Assembly (NCBI GenBank): GCA_012295275.1
Contig: CM022671.1
Location: 27,776,001 to 27,840,000 of the forward strand
Origin: Chrysomallon squamiferum
Taxonomy: Eukaryota; Animalia; Mollusca
Length of the DNA stretch: 64,000 nucleotides
Direction: 5' to 3'
The translations under genes were made by a program, and so were the position numbers. Positions 1 through 12,100 of this stretch are shown here, piece by piece. Below the pieces are notes generated by a model. The model was given only the letters and a program-made list of their open reading frames with translations, made no database searches and was not told the origin of the DNA. Position 1 is the stretch's first letter. Each line of letters starts with the position of its first letter.

Positions 1-1867
1 CAGCACCATCAGACGACAAAATGGTTAGCAATGTAGGTCAGAGCATACATTTAACTTCAAGTGTTCCTGCTGGTTGTGTTAAAAACTTCAAAACTTCTAG
101 CAATGCTAATGAACCAGATGATGATTCCAGTCACAAATTCCAAAGTCTCATGCTAGGGAAACTAGCCAAGTCACACATTGCTGGGCTGAATGGTGTAGTG
201 CAGTCTCATTCTCAGGGTTATAAAAACAAATCAACACCAGATACATTAAGGACCGAGACAAATACTTCTGAAAAAAGTGAAAGTGTTAATTCTAATCATG
301 ATAAACCAATTATAATTACCTACGGAGAAGGAATTCAAGCCAAAACTGGAGATAGCCAAATTTGTATGGCCAAAAGGAAGCAGATAAAGTTTATTCCTGA
401 TAATAACATTACTGCAAGCAAATTCAATGCCACTGATGCTATAGCTTTCTTGAAGAAGGGTAACTATATTTTATTTTAAGTATTGTTTCATTAGATGTAG
501 GCATCGATGTTTTCAGAGTACAGAAATTTTTATGACAGTGTAAGTATTTATCAGTTTCAAGTAACCTTTCAATCATTCCAATTTGAATTAGAAGTAAATT
601 AGAACAGATTACATGAAAAAGTTTTCTAAATTAGTACAGTTTGTTGATGAAATTACATGAAATGATTCAAAAAAAAAAAATTATAAGGAACATACAAGAT
701 AAACTACAAGTGTTTTAAATTTCTACATCTGATTAATTATTTATTTTCTTCTTCAAATTTTAATATTTTATTAGGTTTGTTCTGATGTTTTCTTTTACAA
801 GCTTGTTCTCTTCAGGTGTGGTTTGCTCAGTTCACAAATATTGATTGCTCCATTTTAAATTAATGGAATGAAAGCTTTCAGTAGTGGTTCTCTAATTTGA
901 GTCTCTTTGATTTTATATAAGTGAACATTATGGAACCAGTGTGAAAAGTGTTAGAATCATATTTATTTCATTTTATTTTGTTTTTTTATATATAGTTAAT
1001 AGTTACATGAAAAAGGAGATAAAATGGCAATCATTATACCTTTTTCTACTTTTATTGTATTATATACATGTTCAGTTTTATATATATATAAAACTGAACA
1101 TGTGTATATATATATGTGTGATTATTATATATGTGATATTAACTGAAATCTTCCATATAATCATTTTTCTTTTCTTCTTTTCTCTCTTCCCTTGTCTTCT
1201 TTTCTTTTTGGTGATTTCCTTTAGCCGTTTAATAACATTTTTTATTATCTGTGTTTACTGCCTGGTGGAATAAAGAGGTATTAAGATCGGACGCCTTGAG
1301 ATGGCAGCTGATAAAAATGTCTGCCATAATCAATAAACATTGATCGGTATGCAAAGGAATTTATTTTTCAGTCAAGGCCAGTCTGATATGGTTTCTATGT
1401 TACTAGCATGTAAAATTATCTCCCTTTCAGTTTGAACTGACTTTTCTCAGTATCAGTATGTTGTTATGTAATGGGGGGTTTTTTTTGGTTGTTTTTTTAA
1501 ATACATTTGTGGAAATTCTCTAGTTAAGGAATTCTTTCACCAATTGATTATTATTTTTTATTTTTTTATTTAAATTTTTTAAATTTATTTTCAGAATGGG
1601 AGAATGTTCTCGAGTTAAAAGAAAAAAGTAAGTATATTAAAAAGATCTCTTTCGAAATCCAAATACAGGCCTCTGCTGCTTCAAGTGAATATAACACTAA
1701 CTGTTTGACAATTAATGGGAACTATGGACAGAATTTAATACAGCATAAACTTGATAAAGAGTGCTTTATTTAAACAATTTTAAGGTCACCTGATATTGCA
1801 GTAATGTTCCACTGATATGATAGAAAAACAGACTAGGAGAAAGAGTTTTCAAATTACAAAATTAATA

Positions 1868-1910
<43 letters not shown>

Positions 1911-2065
1911 CTAATAAACTAACAGTATAATTACATACTTGTGTAGAATCAATTTTTTTTTTTCATATTTTATAATTCTTTATAATTTTTTATTGTTATT
2001 ATTATTATTTTTTATTTTATTTTATTTCAGACCCTAAAACTGTCATTTTCTACGATGGCCAGTAA
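1..2065 (+). CDS. 3' end of an uncharacterised protein; exons <1-459, 1595-1627, 2031-2065
   Basis: The frame is open from the window edge through a Ser/Asn/Lys-rich exon. Donor G|GTAACT at 459/460, acceptor TTTCAG at 1594, donor A|GTAAGT at 1627/1628 and acceptor TTTCAG at 2030 are all phase 1. They give the C-terminus ...KFNATDAIAFLKKEWENVLELKEKNPKTVIFYDGQ* (TAA 2063-2065). Family not recognised. Confidence 0.7.
1872..1909. repeat. (CA)n microsatellite
   Basis: Perfect dinucleotide run, intronic. Confidence 0.95.
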
Positions 2066-5000
2066 AGTCCAGGATGCGAAGTGTTTAAGAAAGATTTCTC
2101 CGAAATAAAAGTGGTCTACACTCTGGTGTCAGATGTACAGATGTCGTCGTGTCTTTGCTGACGATTGTTCATTGTTTACTTCACATTTATTGTTTGTTTG
2201 TGCTTCACATTTATTGCCAAGAGCTGGCATTAAACTATGCTGGCCTGTTTGCTGCAGAATTGTGTGCAAAATAATAACAGTAATAATAATAATAATAATA
2301 AGTTGGCAGCGTTTTGTTTAACCTTGTGTGACAAGCAGTTTTAGGTGTGCAAGCTCATTGTCTTTTCCTTCACTAGCTTTCATGAACATCAGAACTTTCT
2401 AAAAAATAAATAGAGAAAATACAGACATTCAGTAATAAGATTATAAAATAGAACATTTTTTTTACTCGGATTTCTGGACCTGTCATTGGTTGTGTGCTGC
2501 AGAATTAAGCTCATCCATTGAATCCTTTTCGTTGTCTGAATAAAACCAAAATGTATCAAGAGATGACTGTTATGTAATAATCATGGCGCAATGTCAGATC
2601 TATTTGAAGCATACCTCCTCTTGGAATCTGGGACTTTTTGGAGCCAGGAATAATATATCGGATTAGTGTGTAACTGAAGAGGAGAGAGGATTGTTTTATT
2701 TTTTTCTGTAACAGATTGTACACAGATGCATTTTACATCTGATTTCAAGCTTTGGGAGAAAAATTGTGTCAGCTGGATCATTTTCAATTTTCTCCACCTG
2801 TCAGTTATGATGAGAATGATTATTTTTATGTCCATTGTGTTATATTTGTGCCTTTATTTCATCATGTTCTTGTGACATCTGTCCATTCATTGGTTTGCCT
2901 GCCAGTGAAAGGGAGCTTGTGGAAAATCTCACGCTGTTCAGTTTTTCGTGGCTGTTTCCCTAACAAGAGGCTTTCAATTCGAGGTGCTACAGGACCAAAA
3001 ACAACAACAACAACAAACAAAAACAAAAAAACAAAAACAGTCATTGTTCTGTGATACCAATTTTTTCGTAATTAAATTTTAGTCTTTCTTTCTGATTCAG
3101 AAATAGATACTTAACAAATTATGTTTTTCAAATACCGATTTTTTTATTATTATTGTTGTTTTTTAAGTACAGAAAGAAAATGATTTGACTTCATGTTGAG
3201 ATAATTTCCAAAGCTCCAAAATGGACATAAAGCAATGCCTGTCCATTTGTACATCCAGTCTGTGATTTGAGAGATTTGTTCTTTCAGGTTTTTCTTCTGT
3301 TATCCCTTCCATTCTTCGGTGAAAAAATATCAACAACAACAAAACAAAACAAAAAAACCAAATCTGATTTTGATACTTTTGCATAACTTTTCACTTCTAT
3401 TTCAGTAAGACATTGTGTAGCTTACTGATAAGTGGAAGGAAAATACTTTTTAAAATTCTTCAACCATTCTGCATAAACCAGGGAGAATTGTCAGTGATTT
3501 CATTAATAAAAACAAAAACAAAAAAATCTGCCACCAAATGCCATTTTCATCCTGCACAGTGACTCAGCATTGATTCATTTTATTTGTCAACAGTAGTCTT
3601 CCTAAAATGTTGGTAACTGGATTTAAAGTGTGATTTTGTAACACAAGCTGAAATCTGTACGATGGAGATTATTAAGTACTACCTTTGTGTGCAGAAGTGG
3701 CCAGTATTTTTCTAGTGATGGTGGAGGTGGAAAACTTGTAGTCGGTTACATCCGTAATGCATTACAGTTTGTAACTTTAAACATGGCCAGCAAGCGTACT
3801 GGAATACAACATCATGCATTCCAAATATTTGCTGGTTTAAGTGGTATTATTTATTAGTAATGTTTTATTTTTTTATCAACTTCAAAGTAACGGAAAGTAA
3901 GCCAATTTTGTTAATATTGTACTGAAAAGCAACAGACTGGATTAAATTCGTGTATTTTTTTATATTAGAAAATTGCTATTTCCATATCTTGCTGCTTTCT
4001 TCAGTCATTTGTTTTTCACAAAGTGTATTAAATTGTTGGTTTTCTTCTATTTTGTTACCTGATGCTGAAATAGGTTGCATTTATTGTTGAAATTTAAATT
4101 ATTATGTTGCAAAAAAAAATTAGTAAAACCTAGAAGGTTGTTAATATATATATTTATACTTTTATTTTATTATTTATTTAAATATTAAATATTTTTTTTT
4201 TTTTAATTTTAATAATAAAAATGAATGAAAACACATTACTGACCTGTTCACAAATTATACTGTAATATATAAAAAAAAAATTAAAAACAACAATAATAAA
4301 TAAATAAATTTAAAAATGTCTTAGTAATGAATATTAAAATGTCAGTTTGATTGTAGAATAATGTAAGCAGTGTAAGGAAACCTTGGCATGCATCATTCCA
4401 TGGATGTGACTTTGAATGTATATGCTAAATTCTATTTATTTATTTTTATTTCATTTTTATTTATTTTTTCTCTTTAGCACTAAAAATTATATTTATTTCT
4501 ACGAAATATTTAATTTCAATTAACTCACAGATTCTCACGTAAATGAAATAATTTGTGCATTATATCATTGTCAGTCAGTACCATATTGCAGGGTAGCCTG
4601 TTAAATTAAGACAATTTTTATTTAAAAAAAAAATAATAATAATAATAAATACAAGTTTTACATATTGAAGAATATTTATGAAATAAAAAAATATTTAATA
4701 AATGTAATACGTATTGACTTTTTTCTGATGTCCCAGAAAAAAAAAGAAGAAAAAAAAAAGTAACAAAGCAATGGTAACTTCAATATCTGGTCAATATACT
4801 GTTTATATTTTCATTATATATTTCATAATCACTGATAAAGGCCAATTAAGATCTATTTTGGCATTCATAAATCAAATAATAATAATAGTATATTTATTTT
4901 TCATAATTATAAATAATTCCCTTGTTACTTTCAAATGCATCAGTTCCAGTTGTTTTTTTTATATCCTTTGTTATATTAAACACCCAAGGTTTCTGAATTT

Positions 5001-8000
5001 GATTGCATTCCCCATTCTTGGTTAAATAGTAAATGAAATTTTACAAAATTATAGAATTCTGATTTTAGCCTTTATAGTTAAGATTATGCAAAATATTCAT
5101 GTCTGCTGGATCAGTACTGTTGAAATATTTTATTTTATTTTATTTTTCTAATTAATTTTTTTTTCCTCTCTCAAAATTCGCATGTAATATTTGTATTTAA
5201 AATTTATAATTAGAAAATGAATCGGCTATTTACTTGTTTACCTGATTATTTTACAATTTGTTTTCTAATTTGACAGTGAATTGAAATGATTATTTATAGG
5301 TTTCGTTGATTATTTTTACATTTTTATCTCTTTTATTATCAATTTGTTTAATTTTTATTTTAATTTACATTTTTTAGCAATTTGAAAATGTCAAAAAAAA
5401 AGAAACAAAAAAAACACCATATTACAATGCCTAGAGACACATCCTACTAGAAAACCAGAAAATTTGCAACATCAGTTAGTATATTAATATACTGTCTTCA
5501 ATATAAATACTGAAAAAAAAATATAAAAAAAAACCCATAAAAAAAAAAAAAAAATTAATTAACAAAAAAATTATACATACACATATAAATATTTGTACAT
5601 ATATTTACACTGACCAATGTTTATTTTTAAACTGTAATATTTCTTGGATATCTGAGACATGTTTTCAATGTTATTAATTTTTATTAAATTTCAGTGTTGT
5701 TGTAAGGAATATTGCTTCATGTTTAACTGGTCCCAGAATCTGTATTAGCATTGTGTTTCGTTTAATGTTTAGTTTGCTTATGTATGTAAAACAAAAACAA
5801 TTCTTATCCATTGCTCAAAAAAGTGTAATAAAATAATTGTATTTAAGTAGAATATTGCAGTGTGGCAAATGGAAGTAAAACCACTAAGAATTGTGCATAA
5901 TAAGTCACAGAAGCAGCTATTATGAATATTAAATGTGTTACTGTACAATTTTAAGCCTGTAGTAAAATTTAAAATGGATTCCAACGACAGATTCTTATAT
6001 ACTTTTTTTTTTTTTTTTTATCTTTTACTGTCTGGATTAAGTATATTTGTCAGATTCTAGCCTCAGATGAAATTATTACAAACTTTACACACAACTGTTT
6101 CCTGCAAACCGGTCCACAAATACATCAGAGAAATTTAAAAAAAAAATATATATATATATTAATTTAAAATATAGTTATATATATAAAATTGTGCAGCATT
6201 TAGACATTCTTTTCCTGAAATACTGAAAACACTTATTCTAACAGTTTCCTTGAAGACAACAAGTTGTGTATCAAACCGAACTGTTGTTTCCTTGAACACA
6301 TGTACGTGCTTCCACAAAACATCGTCTGCGGTGAGAACATCGTCATTGTGGGGCAGATACTGAGCTGTACGGTGGACATGAAGGAATGTAGTGGCTCTAC
6401 GAGGAACTAATAGTTAACAGCCAGCGAGGTACACGTGTACTCAACAGCTACTGTACCAGCTTCACAGTGAAAACCTGGACTGTATTTGTGGCATTAAGTA
6501 AGTACTTTTCAAGGATTCTCAGAGGATTTTCTTTTTGTTTTGTTTCATCTGATGCTTTCATTCTTTTTTCTTTTTTCTTTTCCTTTTCCTATTGTTTTTT
6601 TGTTTGTTTTTTTAGCTGATGAGTCAGTTGTGAAAAAATATATATATATATATGTATATATTCTGCATAAGCTGTCAGTATTTTGGGATGGGGTGGATTT
6701 TCAAATGTATAAAATAGAGAAAATGAGCTGCATACTTCTTTATTTTTTATTTTTTTATTTTTTTTCTAATCTTTTACTGTTTAAATGATATTAACATTTT
6801 TCTTTTGACCAGTATAAGCATAAGCTATTTTACATTTTGATGTAACAAATGAAGTTTCACTTTTGTCTTTTAATTTTAATTTTAATTTTTATTTATATTT
6901 TTTTTTTTTTCTCGATAGGTACAACGGTTTAGAACCACTGAATGAAATTAAGAAGAATGATGAGGAAAGAATTTGTTTTACAGAAAGGCCTTTTCAGTTG
7001 TTTGCAGGAGGCAGTAGTATGTCAGCAATAGCAGTGAACTGATAGCCACATTGTTCATTTATATTAAACATACCTTTGTCAGTACCACCACATCTGTGAG
7101 AATATTTATTTCATTATTCCAGATTGTTGAAAATTCTTGTTATTTCCTTTAATTTTAAAAATCAGTTTGAATAGTGAAATAATTGTAATTGATTAATTGT
7201 AAAGTATTTACAATAAATTTTCCAAATTATACTTTGGTACTTTTTTATTTTTTTTAAATTTCAATTTAATTTATTCTGATATGGGGTTTTTTTTGGTCTG
7301 AAAAAAATAGTTTTTTAATTTTCTCATTTTAAAAATTATAGATGATTAAAATTCTGATTACAAAAAAAATTATATTTTGCTACGATCCATTCATTTTATT
7401 AGAAGCAAACAGTAATTATATCAATTCCTTTGAACTCGTTTTGGATCTTAAACACTCTAAAGTAGTTTATTCACCTTGAATTCATTTTGTTTTTCTTCAA
7501 AACAAGTCTGAAGTTAAATTTTGAACATCAAAGTAACTGATATCAATTTCATTTGTTGCAGCTTTTGCAGTTTTTTTTATTTGACTGAAAAGTAAATATT
7601 GGTGCTGATCAGATTTTTAAAAAATGTATAGATTTAGTATCTTCAGAATAGAAAAAGGCAATTCTATATTGATTATTTGTATAATAATAAAAATAATAAT
7701 AATATGTCCCATGACTTGAATCAGTGTTATTATGATCATGCAGGTTAAAAAGAGTAACCAATTATGATTATGAGATTAAATGAACCCTCGATTTAAAAGC
7801 AGATTTAAAAAAAAAATAATTTCCAAATTGTTATATTGATTATGCTAGTCAACATCTGTCTTACAGATATACCTTACTCATGTCTCTAAACATTTGTCAC
7901 CACCTCCAAGTCATACAAACAAAGTATAACAGTTTGGAATTTGATTTCTTTTCTTTTCTTTTTTTATTAAATTTATTTCAAAAATAAAAAGTTATTTCCT

Positions 8001-9099
8001 GATGATTAATAGCAAACTAATATATCTGGGTTTTTCTGGGTTTTTTTTTTTTTTTTTTTTTAGGTCTTGTCTTGCTTTTTCCAAGAAAAATACCTGTCTT
8101 CATCTTTATGTTGTGATTTAAATGCTTTCAAATAATATTACACGCTTACTACTATTTTGTTTTGTTGTTGTTGCTTACATTATATTTATATATAAATATA
8201 TATATTTTATGTTGTATAGAATTGTTTTTGTCACACAGATTTAGGCAGTTTTTTCTGTAATATGTTCTCCTAGCTCACTATTGTCAAATGTTTCACATCT
8301 TTATACCTCTGTTCACAATATTAAATACTTTATAACTCATTTTAGCATAAACTGTATTTCTCAGTTCCAACAATATTTATCATAGTAATAAATAGAAAAA
8401 CATAACTTTCAGTGTAGTTTGGTTAGTAACGATTTTCAGTCAAAAGAACATCAAAACTCTTGTGTTTGAAATAAATTATCATGAGAGCACTGGTCTTAAG
8501 TAATGGCGCCAACATCGTTGTATTACCAATTCATGAATGTCACATGTTTTTGATTGTTTTCATTCCCATTAAATGTGCTATTGAATATTCAGTATTATTG
8601 AAGCAGGAGGTAATTGTGATGTAGGGTACATTAACATTTTCACACATTTCTCCTGAGGTTTTTGTCCAACTGAAAAAAAAACCCTGCTTGACCTGATCTC
8701 TGTTTCTTTCCTTCTTAAAATAAAATAACTATATATTTTGTAAAAAAAACCTTTATATAAACCATTCGTTCTGATTCTGATGTTTAGCTAAATATTAACT
8801 ATTGTATTTTCTGATTACATCAAATTGGCAAAATGTTTTTTTAGTATTTAACTGAAGGGTTAAAATAACTGTGTGTAGAAAAACTAGTAAAGTTGAATGT
8901 TGAGAGTGATGTGTGGTTTCCTCTCTTCATCTGTAACAGACACCAGCAAGTATTGTCTTACATTAGCTGAGGCTTATTGTGTTTGTTACCAGTCAGAGAA
9001 AGGACTAATAGCTTATTTGTTTGAACATGTGCTTTTGATTTGTTTAGCAAGAAGCAGCTGCATAAATACAGCATATCCCCCAGTTACAAGTCTTGTTTC

Positions 9100-9101
<2 letters not shown>

Positions 9102-9137
<36 letters not shown>
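9102..9137. repeat. (TTA)n microsatellite
   Basis: Trinucleotide run seen directly. Confidence 0.9.
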
Positions 9138-9138
<1 letters not shown>

Positions 9139-12100
9139 TACTACTATTATAAATATTATTTGGTCACATTCTGATCATAAAATCTGAATTACAGGCTGGA
9201 TTTTCACTTCTCACATATTCTGTATTAAGTGTTCAGTAAAAAAAAAATAACAATAAAATGAAGGAGTAATATAAATGCCAACAACAGTCTTAGAGAAAGG
9301 TTTGCTATTAGTGTAGAGTTTAAAAATAATAAAATAGTCCCAGAATGCACCTAAAGACCAACTCCATAAAATGTTGATAAGACTACTTCCATTAGATATC
9401 TTGGGTGGATAGTATACAAATAAGAATCTTTATGTAAATGAAGCCTCAGAAAGAAATATTTGTGTGTGTATGATTATTAAACAAAATAACTGGTATGTCA
9501 TGGCAGTGTTTAATTTAGAACATACTTATTTTGTAATGCATAGGATAATGAAATACTGATGTGTATGAATGAAATATATTGCATTGCCCTGAATAAACCC
9601 TGCCATTTAATTTTTTTTTTTTTTTTTTTTTATATATTTAATAAAAAATATTTTGTATGAGATAAATGCGTATTACATGTGTAATGAATTTGTTTGTTTT
9701 TTTCATTTATTTTCTTCTTTTTATTTGTTGTTTTTCTTTATTTTTACTTCATTTTTTTTTTTTTTTTGGAAGTTTGTAGATTTTTTTTTCTTCATGAATT
9801 TTGTGGATGTGAAATTGTTTTGAAAATATATAGGAATACAAGAATGACTTATAATGTTAACTATTTATATTGTTTATATTTTGTAAATAAGAGTATAAAA
9901 TTGTGTATGAAATAAATGAAAAACTGCAAAATACCATAAGCAAAAATGTATGATCAGTTCTGTGACAAGAAAAATTATCAAAAAAACAAGAAAAAAAAAG
10001 AAAATGGGAAAAAAAATACTGCTTATCTTGTTGATCTGTGAGCTTAAAGTGAATTGCAGAACAAAATAAAGAAAAATGGAGAAAAAAAAGACAAGAAAAA
10101 AACAAACATATGTAGGTCAAACCTGTATGGTGACCCAGACTAAGTCGTAGCTTAACCAGCATGGCCTGATCCATGGCAGCCATTGTTTGTTCTCAGCAAA
10201 CATTTGTCAACAGTTTTGATTTTTATCCCAGTCCTAGTCCTGAATGACTCTCTTCCTAGTGAAAGCATTTGATTCACACAGAAATCACATTTCTCTTCTA
10301 AAACCTAAATCATTCAATTCCATATACATATTAATGGATAGTGGAATCTTCTGGGTTAGTGTGTTTCAAGTGCATCTTGGTAAATGTATTGGTAGACATT
10401 CAGTCAGCTGCGGATAATTATATATAAATAATTGTACATATTATCTATTGCTGTTTTCCCCCTAAGTAAAGAAAAAAAAAACATCATTTGTTATCTGCAT
10501 TGGCAGATATTAAGATTTCTCAGGCAAATTGATCATGTTTTTGCTTATAGTATAACTTCTTAATTATTATTATTATTTTATTTATTTATTTTTTATTTTT
10601 ATTTATTTTTTAAAAAATGTTATTGCAAATCCTCATTTTATGGTGTTGAGCAAATAGCTGTGATGTTGAGCTCAATTTTTTTATTTTTTTTTTATTTTAT
10701 TTCTTGATCATGACAACAGAAAATAGAATCATTCAAAACAACCAAGCAATTTAATCCTTCATAAGATTGAATGTCTGCTGTGGTTTTACATTCAAAGATT
10801 GTAATTCAGTCTGCTAGGATGGTGAGCGAAGCTAGACAGTACGAAGGAGAGATATTTATTCTGTAACTGAAGAAGCGCTAATGGTCTTTGTACTGCTTGC
10901 ATAACTGGCCACATTGATAATCACCTGACTGAGGAAACTTTAGATGTTTACTCAAATAAAATCATCTTGGTCAACAAGAACTATAAACAGATTTGTTCTC
11001 ATCCTCCTGTTGTAAAGAACAAACAACAAAAAAACCTACAAAAAAAAAATGAAGTAGCAATCTTGGATAGAAAAACAAATTGAAAATAGGTTTTAAAAGA
11101 TTTGAAAACGTGTTTCAACATGATAAATAACAATTTTCAGTTTCGGCTTGCTTTCCAAATAATAATAATAATGGAGGGGATAATTACATAAAAATTTTAG
11201 ATGGTTATTTAGTGATTATTAGTACAGGAAAAATTAACATTTTTATCCCATTATATTAATAAAGAGAAATAAATTGAGACAGTTTGAATTTGTAGAATTA
11301 AAAAAAGTTTCTATTTTCTGTTGCCATGACTAGTTACTATGGTTATGAAGTTGAATTTCAGTCCTAAGGATCTGGGGACTGGCACAGAATCAAGGACAGT
11401 GTCCAGTAATTCATTAGCTTGGTAGTAACATGAAATTCTGTTCTACACACATTCTCAAATGTCTTCATGTATCAGCTTGGACAGAATTAAAATGAACACT
11501 ATATTCACGTAGTTTGAAATTGTATATCGGTATTAACATTCAGATGGGATGCCATTGCATTTAGCTTGAATATTCTTCAGGTGTTTTTTATTTTTTTATT
11601 TTTATTTTTTTAAAGAAAAACCATCATGATTGCTTATTTCCATGGGTTGTCAGTTTACATTCATGAAAGATCATTAAAAATACACCACCCTCAACAACTG
11701 TGCATATCAATAAGAAAATCATCATTTACCACTTGTTCTATGCATATTAGTTTTTGACTATTTATTAATGATTAACATCAGTGGTAAGTAATTCTCAAAA
11801 AAACAGTTGAAATGTAAAATAATTGTCATGTTTTTTGGCACCTCATTTATAGGCTATGTTGCATATGCTTCGGTATTTTCATTTAACTGCTTTAAAATGT
11901 GTTCATATAAATCACAGTTGTTTTTGCAGCATTTTAATGGGCATTATGTTACATTTCAACAAAATGCATATATATATACTGCCTGAAAAATACCTTACTG
12001 CTTTCTTTTTTAATTTTTATTTTGTTAAATCAAACATATATATATATGTATGTGTGTGTGTGGTGCCAAAAAACCATTCTTAAAACAACAACTTTATGCA

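Noticed and set aside
941-1273. 110-aa hydrophobic ORF and many similar F/I/L/Y-rich ORFs in the track
   Set aside because: These are translations of AT-rich intron or UTR sequence, with no motifs or splice support.
1293-1380. tRNA-like fold (7-bp stem followed by CA)
   Set aside because: No A-box/D-loop GG, no TTCRA T-loop, and the arm lengths are wrong. Kept only as a generic structure.
6247-6420. Selenoprotein readthrough of in-frame TGAs upstream of the 6421 exon
   Set aside because: The frame also contains TAA, and I recognised no SECIS element or selenoprotein motif.
6616-6636. CTGATGAG...TGAAA hammerhead-like core
   Set aside because: No flanking stems I or III; the context is low-complexity T/A runs.
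6957-7042. C/D-box snoRNA candidate (ATGATGA...CTGA)
   Set aside because: No terminal stem or recognisable rRNA guide. It is better explained as an exon following a strong acceptor.
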